Below, piece after piece: positions 9,174 to 15,809 of a stretch of 15,809 bases of DNA (position 1 is the first letter of the stretch; every line of letters starts with the position of its first letter). This stretch comes from Paraspadella gotoi (taxonomy: Eukaryota > Animalia > Chaetognatha): contig JBJCIZ010000458.1 in NCBI GenBank assembly GCA_051294375.1, positions 1-15,809 on the forward strand, written 5' to 3'. The position numbers were made by a program, and so were the translations under genes. A model generated the notes under the pieces. It did not search any database, was not told where the DNA came from, and was given only the letters and a program-made list of their open reading frames with translations.

Positions 9174-9256
9174 CGTGATCCGCTGCTCCATCTCACCGTC
9201 CTTTCTCTCATTACGTGATCCGCTGCTCCATCTCACCGTTCTTTCTCTCATTACGT
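9174..9256. repeat. Tandem duplication of a 40-bp unit (2 copies, 39/40 identical)
   Basis: CGTGATCCGCTGCTCCATCTCACCGT(C/T)CTTTCTCTCATTA at 9174-9213 and 9214-9253, followed by CGT. Confidence 0.97.
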
Positions 9257-9332
9257 TATACGCTGCACCGTTTGCAGTCCACTGCGCTGTTTCGCGATTC
9301 CCCGTTTCGGTACGCGATCAGTTTCATTGAAG

Positions 9333-9605
9333 ATGGCGGAACCCAAGAACAGCGGGCTGCATCGTTATCTGGTTTCTTTGGCGGTTCCAGATCACGCCAA
9401 ACAAAGGTTTCATGAGTTATACTCGCGGGTCATTTTGGCTAAGGAAAAAGAACTCTTTGAGATGATGGAGAGGATGGGAATTTCAAGAACAAGCTCCGGT
9501 CAGGTGCCTGCTGAATTTGTGCCGCTGTTTAAAGACTGGGAGCGTAAAGCCGAAGACGAACTCAATCACGAGATCGCGGAGTTCCTTCGGGATTTGGAGA
9601 AATGA
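9333..9605 (+). CDS. Small accessory ORF B, 90 aa, charged helical protein of unknown function (MAEPKNSG...)
   Basis: Start context aagATGg, first ATG after TTTCAG at 9137. Protein-like amphipathic composition, bounded by AT-rich spacers. Confidence 0.7.
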   Translation: MAEPKNSGLHRYLVSLAVPDHAKQRFHELYSRVILAKEKELFEMMERMGISRTSSGQVPAEFVPLFKDWERKAEDELNHEIAEFLRDLEK

Positions 9606-9731
9606 AGACGACGGAACATTGCATCTATTTGAACTGTTTTTACTGAGTACTATTTTTTAGGTTTAGTTAAAAATCAGTTGACCTAACGTGCCGTGGAATG
9701 ATTTATTTTTTAGTTTTTCTGGTCATCAGTC

Positions 9732-9929
9732 ATGTCGTCCAGCAATTTTCAAGTTGATCGAGATGGTGCTGAGGACGATAATGCCTCCGCAGCATTTGCA
9801 GTTTATATTGAACCTGGTGAAACATTGTCTTCTCAAGAAATCTTACAGTTGTTTCAATCTATTAGAAGGGGGATTTTGATCGCGCGAGAGGCAGAAAGGC
9901 AGCGAATTATTGATCAAAATGAAGAATAG
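9732..9929 (+). CDS. Small accessory ORF C, 65 aa, acidic, unknown function
   Basis: First ATG after TTTTTTAG (AG 9712-9713). The ORF fills the island and AT-rich sequence resumes right after the stop. Confidence 0.6.
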   Translation: MSSSNFQVDRDGAEDDNASAAFAVYIEPGETLSSQEILQLFQSIRRGILIAREAERQRIIDQNEE

Positions 9930-10218
9930 CTCTTTATATAAAGATTTATTGGTGCCTTTTATTATTTAGTGGTTCTATTCATCCACGGATAATATTTGAG
10001 TAATTTGAAAAGAGACTACTTATTTATCTGGCCTACAGATTAAATTATTAGGTCAATTATCTCGAACTTTAATTTTGAAATATTTGATTTAAATTTCATG
10101 TTCTTAATGAGGAGTTAATTATTTGTATTGTTAAACATGTAATATTTATTTCTTAAGCCTCCGTTGCAATCTACTTTGTTATTCGTAGTCTTAGTTAAGT
10201 AATAGTAACGTGATTGCC

Positions 10219-10470
10219 ATGGCTCAACGATTTGAGAGATTTTTTGAGTCCCTGGGAGAGGACGAGGCTGTGAGGCAGCTATTTGAAGAACGACGACTTG
10301 AAGCAAATGCTCAAGTCATTTCCGGCTTGGTTTATTCGCGAGAGGTTGAGTTCCAAGAAAATTACCTGTTACCTGAGATAGGCCCTCATCACGTATCTAC
10401 AGATTCGGCTGACGAAGAATCGTTGTCAAGAGAGCCTACCAGCCCAAGGAGAATTCGACTTCACCAATAA
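10219..10470 (+). CDS. Small accessory ORF D, 83 aa, unknown function (MAQRFERFF...)
   Basis: Strong Kozak context gccATGg, first ATG after TTTATTTCTTAAG (AG 10156-10157). Flanks are AT-rich. Confidence 0.7.
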   Translation: MAQRFERFFESLGEDEAVRQLFEERRLEANAQVISGLVYSREVEFQENYLLPEIGPHHVSTDSADEESLSREPTSPRRIRLHQ

Positions 10471-10542
10471 TTCATTCAAAATTTTGCATTGAATTTAATT
10501 TAGTATTTAAATTATTATTTTTTTTTTTTTTTTTTTTACAGT

Positions 10543-10629
10543 ATGAGTTCTTTAACTCCTAGAAAGCTGAATTTGTACTACCCGATTTATCACTTATTTC
10601 AGTTTGTTTTGTTTTCGCGAAGTTCATAA
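10543..10629 (+). CDS. Possible micro-ORF E, 28 aa (MSSLTPRKLNLYYPIYHLFQFVLFSRSS), or remnant of a longer gene
   Basis: ATG lies 1 nt after a strong acceptor-like site (T20-ACAG, AG 10540-10541). Too short for further support. Confidence 0.3.
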   Translation: MSSLTPRKLNLYYPIYHLFQFVLFSRSS

Positions 10630-11017
10630 CCAGTCGCATAATGCTACGTTTACCACTCTGATATTAATTTACATTAATTAGGCATAATCGTCGTCGTTTT
10701 TTCATTGGTCTCCTGCTCGGTTTTCTTGCGCTTGCCTGATCCTCTTCCTCTTCTCTCAGCTCCTCCTCATCCTCTTTTTGATCCTCCTCCTCTCTTTTTG
10801 CTCCTCTTCCTTTTTAAAAAACCAAGTTTGGGCACAAGCTTGTCAAGCTTTCATACGTTCACTTTATTCGAATCGTTTTCGTTTCGGTTAATTGAAATAA
10901 TAAGTTGAATTTAATATATTTTTTTTATTCCTTTCCTCGACGTTATTTACATAATTGATATTTTATTAAGCAAAGATATTCCAAGTTTTTCCTGACGTAC
11001 CTCATCGGGCTTCAAAA

Positions 11018-11626
11018 ATGAATGACTCTGAACTTCTTGGCTGGGCTTTAAATCGAGCGAACGCAGCCGCTCTAAAAGTTCGTAACACCAAGGCCTTTCT
11101 GCAAGAAGCCACGAAGGCGATCGATGCGATTGACGAGAGCCTTACTGCTACTAGGAAAATACTCGACCTAGGCATCAAAAGAATTGAGACTCGTCAGGAG
11201 GTAAGCATTAAATTAGTTGAAATTATGGGTTATCTTGTTCATTTTTTATTTTTAACTAGTTTAAGGTTATTCATTAAGTTATTACTTTAGGTCATTCGTT
11301 CTGCTAATCAGTCGGGAAATTATCCTCCGTTAATTACGTTCGACGATGATGATACCCCTAAAGTTAAACGTGGTTCCGTCAAAATCATTCCGTTGATCAC
11401 CAAAACACGAAAACCCACAAGCAACTTGGTCATGCCGCGATCTCCTTCCGTGCCCAAGTTAGAGGAACCGTTTAATCCGATTCCGTCGCTTATGGGACAA
11501 AAGCCAAAAACTGGGAATCAACTCTCAGAGAGTAACCGTAACGAGTACGTCCGCTTGCCAAAGAAGGCAGTGAGGCAATATAACCATGCTCCAAGCTCTG
11601 CTGGCCAAATTAAGCCAGACGCTTAA
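11018..11626 (+). CDS. Spliced accessory gene F, 172 aa: join(11018..11200, 11291..11626); N-terminal helical domain plus P/K/S-rich tail
   Basis: Donor GAG|GTAAGC at 11201, AT-rich 90-nt intron, acceptor TTACTTTAG|G at 11290. Phase-0 splicing joins the two track ORFs (11018.. and 11393..11626) into one stop-free frame. Confidence 0.8.
11201..11290 (+). other. Spliceosomal GT-AG intron, 90 nt
   Basis: Near-consensus donor and acceptor, strongly T-rich body, and removal restores a continuous ORF. Confidence 0.8.
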
Positions 11627-11802
11627 TTCAGGACAAACATTAGACTTCGTTGTGTGTTTCGTTTAGTAATTAGATTGTACCATTGTCACTTTGATACATG
11701 ATATTATTTTTTGTTAGTGTTGTTTGCGATGTTTGCGTCTCACTACGTTTTTTTTTTTTTTTTTTCTTTTCTCAGTTTATATGTTAAAGTTGATATAAAC
11801 TA

Positions 11803-12144
11803 ATGACGGTCGTTGCCTCATTACGATTAGCACAGTGGAAAGTTGATCTCGCTACGGACATTGCGGTCAAAGCGGGAATCCAAATGAAGATCGCGCGGAC
11901 GGATGATGAGAAGATAATAGCAAAGATTGGGTTTGCAGAAGCTGTGAGAATGCTGCAGGAAGCTAGCACCATGGCAGCACAGTCCTTTAATGACGTTGCG
12001 CTTGAGGATGTTGACGAGGATGTCCAGCGTTTAGAGACAATACTGCGGGAAAGGATCGAAACGGGTCATCAAGCACTTGACGATGCGTTAGGCTGGTACG
12101 AGGAAATACCCGCACTGGAACCGCTCGACGATTACGAGTCGTAA
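11803..12144 (+). CDS. Small accessory ORF G, 113 aa, Ala-rich helical protein with acidic C-terminus; paralogue of ORF I
   Basis: Follows T18-CTTTTCTCAG (AG 11774-11775). Ungapped alignment to ORF I gives 15 identities in the first 55 aa. Confidence 0.8.
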   Translation: MTVVASLRLAQWKVDLATDIAVKAGIQMKIARTDDEKIIAKIGFAEAVRMLQEASTMAAQSFNDVALEDVDEDVQRLETILRERIETGHQALDDALGWYEEIPALEPLDDYES

Positions 12145-12365
12145 AACTTAATAGTTAACTTGTTTAATGCCCAGTTCGTCGCATATCTTGTTAAACATCA
12201 GTATGTAACATACCTTGCATTAATTTGTTTGCTTTGGTGGCCTATGTTTTCCATAATACTGAAAGTTGATAGCTATTAAATTTTTTTTTTATTAAGATTG
12301 ACGAAACGATTTGAAATATTTGAGAATTTAAATTATTTCGTTGTATTATCATTTGGTAAATAAAC

Positions 12366-12602
12366 ATGACTCATGAATATTTGGATCGCGCTATCAATAT
12401 TATTTTAAAGACTCAAGCGTCCCTGAGAACTAGCACTGACGAATGGACTCGTGCAGTTATTTTAGAAAAAGTTAACACTGCTCTTAAACTTTTAGAGACA
12501 GCACGAGATACAGCTAGTCATTGTCCCGAATGTCAAAAGCGCCCTCTTGTGCAGAATGTAACGTCTGATCCAGTCCTTGCCGAAAAGTTTTCTAATTTTT
12601 AA
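12366..12602 (+). CDS. Small accessory ORF H, 78 aa, helical protein with HCPEC motif; probable paralogue of ORF I
   Basis: Start context aacATG, first ATG after T10-ATTAAG (AG 12295-12296). LDRAINII matches ORF I VERAINSI. Confidence 0.72.
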   Translation: MTHEYLDRAINIILKTQASLRTSTDEWTRAVILEKVNTALKLLETARDTASHCPECQKRPLVQNVTSDPVLAEKFSNF

Positions 12603-12706
12603 ATTGTTTGTGAAAATTATTTGAATTTCTGTGAATGCTAGTGTACTGGAGATTTAAACAATTGGTTAAAAATTTAATATTTATTTTAAGGTTTTATAAA
12701 TTTATA

Positions 12707-13033
12707 ATGAATACCGCGACGGTCGTATCACTCGCTATTGAAAAGGTTGAGAGAGCAATCAATTCAATAATTGAAGCCAGGGGAAAGTTGCTTTCTGCCG
12801 TAACTCCTGAGGAGCAAGTCGCCACGACGACGGCAATTGACCGGGCGGAGAGATTGACTCACGAGGCATCAAAGATAATCATTTCCACGATGGCGACGAT
12901 CGATCCACACGACGAAAGACTGTTCGAGTTCTGGGCTTCTGGGAATCGTGTTGTCAAGAAGTTGAATCAGGAGAAAGCGTTATTAGACGAGATGGTCGAC
13001 TTAAACAAAGATCGCGACGATATGATTAATTAA
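12707..13033 (+). CDS. Small accessory ORF I, 108 aa, helical protein (MNTATVVSLAIEKVERAIN...)
   Basis: First ATG after TTTATTTTAAG (AG 12689-12690). This start puts it in exact register with ORFs F and G. The 24 upstream codons in the track are AT-rich spacer. Confidence 0.8.
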   Translation: MNTATVVSLAIEKVERAINSIIEARGKLLSAVTPEEQVATTTAIDRAERLTHEASKIIISTMATIDPHDERLFEFWASGNRVVKKLNQEKALLDEMVDLNKDRDDMIN

Positions 13034-13263
13034 AACTTTCTACTAATGTTTTATTTAAGAAAACTCTTTAATATTTTCTTGTTGATTGTTTAAATCTATT
13101 TTTATGAATTTACAATGTTAAATTAAAAATTGTTTAGGTCATTTTTTCATTAATAAGGCCTGAGGGGCAAACTGATAATAAAACAATTCTTGGCCGAAAC
13201 GCGCGGCGATTACTTTAATAATATTGCAGTGAACTTTTCTAAAGATTAACTCTGAGTGGCACC

Positions 13264-14688
13264 ATGAGCGTAATTACTCCCAACCGGTGACATACTTTTT
13301 GGAGGGCTCACAGAAGACGAGCGATTAATGTTTGACCCGGATGAGCTCATTTGGCCGGACAACAAATCTGTCACGGAGTCCGAGATCGATCCCAGTCCAC
13401 GAAGAGGTGAATCAAGAATCCTCGCCTGCAAGCAAGGTACTTTGTATTGAAATTAAATTAACATATTTTTGGGAGAATTAACTCGGCATTGATCTTGATA
13501 CGTTTTTTTTAGGCCTTTGCCGATCAATTTTTGAATGTTAATGGCCGAAGACGATGCGCCCACCGGAAGGGCGGCTGAAGATTTACAACTGAACCAATTG
13601 TCTATGGTACGGAGATGAACGCCTCTTTGCCCCATCTTTCGTCTGTTCACCAGAGAAACAACAGATGTACCGTAACATTCGACGTGGCGCGTGGGAACGG
13701 ATTGCGATGCGCCGTGTGGTGGACACACCAGCAGTTCTGCGGAGTTTATTGGTCTTATAAACTCTGGAGAAAGGCCTATGTACTTTATAAATCGCTCGTC
13801 GCGTTTTTCCTCGGGAACCGTCAATGCCCCTTACGATGCATCCGGTCGGGTCTTCAAATTTCGTTGTGGACAGAGTGACAGACGCAGAGGAAAGTCTCCA
13901 AATTTTGTTCACGTGGCCAAGACTTCTCATTCGAATTCGTCAACAGAGGTTCAATATGTGGGCCAGTCTCCAGAAAGGCCTGCACCTTCGAGAAAGTCTG
14001 AACAATCTTCTGCTTGCCAAACCTTTTGGATGATGTCTCTTGGAAAGAATTGGAGAAAAAGATTGGAAAGTTAAAGAAGAAGCGGTGAGACACGAAGCCA
14101 TTAATGGAGAACTAAAAGAAAGAAAACGCTAAGATTGAAAAGAATTACAATGAAGAAATACAACGTCGACTGGAGGCTGAAATGAAAATAGACGTCATAA
14201 GAAAGGATGCTGACCAAAGAATTGACAAATTACAAAGACTTTGGAGCAAAGCCTTCAGTAAAGAAAAGACCCGGGCAGACGAGCAGAGTTTTTACTTGAA
14301 AAGGAGAGGAAACAAGTCATCTCTCAAAGTGAATTAGAAAAGAATAAAATTATTCAAAGATCTCGGTTCACCATTGCATCGTTCAGTCAATTTTGAATCA
14401 CGAGAATCCGCTTTTGGTTGGTCTCAGTTTGGGGAACAAGCCGATGTCCTGCCTCGTGACGGAATTTCCAGATTCGCGACCTCTTCGTTCAGCTCGCAGT
14501 TGGTTCCCTTTCATCCGCCGCCAGGCCAGGAACACTTGATTCATACGCCAAAGTTTGGGCCGCCTCAGCCGCGCCGCTTGAGGGAGTCTACTCCTTCTCC
14601 GGGGGATACACCTCCTCCTCCACCTTCTCCTCTTTTTTCTCCCAAAAGGCATCTGTCTAAATTTCGTATCGTAAAGCGTAAAAAGTGA
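13264..14688 (+). pseudogene. Larger frameshift-disrupted gene (J): probable 76-nt intron 13437-13512, coiled-coil segment about 14030-14350, proline-rich C-terminus ending in a basic NLS-like tail
   Basis: accATG at 13264, AAG|GTACTT donor and T8-AG acceptor. Protein-like segments alternate between + frames: KELEKKIGKL / KEEAVRHEAINGELK / KENAKIEKNYNEEIQRRLEAEMK (open 14116-14337) / RAEFLLEKERK / ...PPPPPSPLFSPKRHLSKFRIVKRKK*. The exact structure cannot be resolved. Confidence 0.5.
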
Positions 14689-14998
14689 ATTATTACACAT
14701 TTACTTTTTGAAAAGTAATATTAATCTTATAGCGTGTTTTTAAACACAAACAATCAAATTAAAGTTAGAAAATCCTTAGTTAATAATTTTTTTGAGATTC
14801 GCGAGTAAACCAGTTGATAATAAGATTTAGTTTGATTGTTATCGATTTGAAGCAATGATATTGTTGCGAAAATTTGAATTTTTTTTTATTTTTATTTGGT
14901 TCAGCGCGCGACGCTGATAGGTCGTAGAAACGAGATTTTACACAATTTTTTATGGGAATTGAATTACTCTTTGATGGATTCGTTGGAGCCTTGTCGAT

Positions 14999-15038
14999 GC
15001 TCTCTCTTTCGCTCGCTCTCTTTCTCTCTTTCTCTCTC
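14999..15038. repeat. Degenerate (TC)n microsatellite / GAGA-like tract
   Basis: GCTCTCTCTTTCGCTCGCTCTCTTTCTCTCTTTCTCTCTC read directly. Confidence 0.85.
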
Positions 15039-15809
15039 AAAACTGAATTTTATTTGCGGAACGGGTTTTATTAGTAAATACGGCAGACAGATTGACTATA
15101 ATACATAAATTATTTCAAATCTTGATAAGAAACATAGTTTCTTAAATATTTATTTTGTGATACTTGCGTATGAATTCACGAAACCTCGGATATGAGGTTA
15201 AATATTATTTGAATAGTGAAAGTTAAAACTTTGTACTATCTGAAACAAAACTGAAACCTTCATAATAAGGTTATATTGAGCGAAATTATAAAAATTTCGG
15301 AATTGAAAGTTGTTATAACTTAGTTTCGTTTGAACTGCAGTCCTATATTGAACCACAAAGATAGGTGGTAAAATTATACGTGTGACGACACGTTTTCTGA
15401 ATCTCGGTGACGACTGGGATAATAATTTATCTGCCGATTATTACATTTATTATTAAAGATTGTGTCCCGGGCAACACGGTCAGTCATTTAAAATTGTTTG
15501 ACACTGGTTAGTGTTTAATAAAGATAAGAGATTAAGAAAATTAAAAATTAAATTATTGATTTCTCTATTATCTTTACGGAAAGCGAGTAAATTAGTAGTT
15601 CTTGTTGGATTGCTTTAATTTGGCGAGTTAAGTTGGTAGTTCTTAATTTTTTTAAGACATACGCAGTTTGATAATGTAAATAATGATTGAATTGGATGCC
15701 TTTACAATATTAGTAAAGCTTACGATTAATCAATTTATACGTAATGTTGATATTAGTATTTGATTACTCCAAGAATTTAATCTGTTGTTTGGATTATTAT
15801 TCACTAGTC

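Noticed and set aside
9174-9256. CRISPR-like array
   Set aside because: Only two directly adjacent units, no spacers, no cas genes, eukaryotic context.
10705-10908. 67-aa Pro/Leu-rich + strand ORF
   Set aside because: TTG start; a by-product of the CT-rich low-complexity tract.
8284-14688. env gene
   Set aside because: No long ORF with signal peptide, Cys-rich ectodomain and C-terminal TM anchor.
13246-15108. Minus-strand ORFs at 13.2-15.0 kb and ORF 14896-15108
   Set aside because: Shadows of the broken + strand gene or translations of the TC microsatellite.
15583-15644. Imperfect 40-nt-spaced repeat GCGAGT..A.TT.GTAGTTCTT
   Set aside because: Only two degenerate copies in AT-rich DNA; no function can be supported.

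Overview
The window is eukaryotic (probably metazoan), AT-rich DNA dominated by an apparently intact BEL/Pao (Belpaoviridae) LTR retrotransposon on the + strand. A long gag (1324-4089, three C-terminal Zn knuckles) is followed in the same frame by pol (PR-RT-RNaseH-IN, to 8283). The two are separated by a single UGA-C stop, followed 9 nt later by a 24-bp stem-loop, which points to programmed stop-codon readthrough. After pol there is no recognisable PPT/3' LTR or env. Instead there is about 6 kb of compact, co-oriented small genes (about 28-172 aa) separated by AT-rich spacers. Nearly all sit directly behind a T-rich tract plus AG (splice-acceptor-like), and one has a clear 90-nt GT-AG intron. 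Four adjacent genes (11018-13033) align without gaps as a divergent paralogous helical-protein family. A larger frameshifted gene follows (about 13264-14688). I found no LTR pair in the window, so element boundaries, and whether the small-gene array belongs to the element, are inferred rather than shown.
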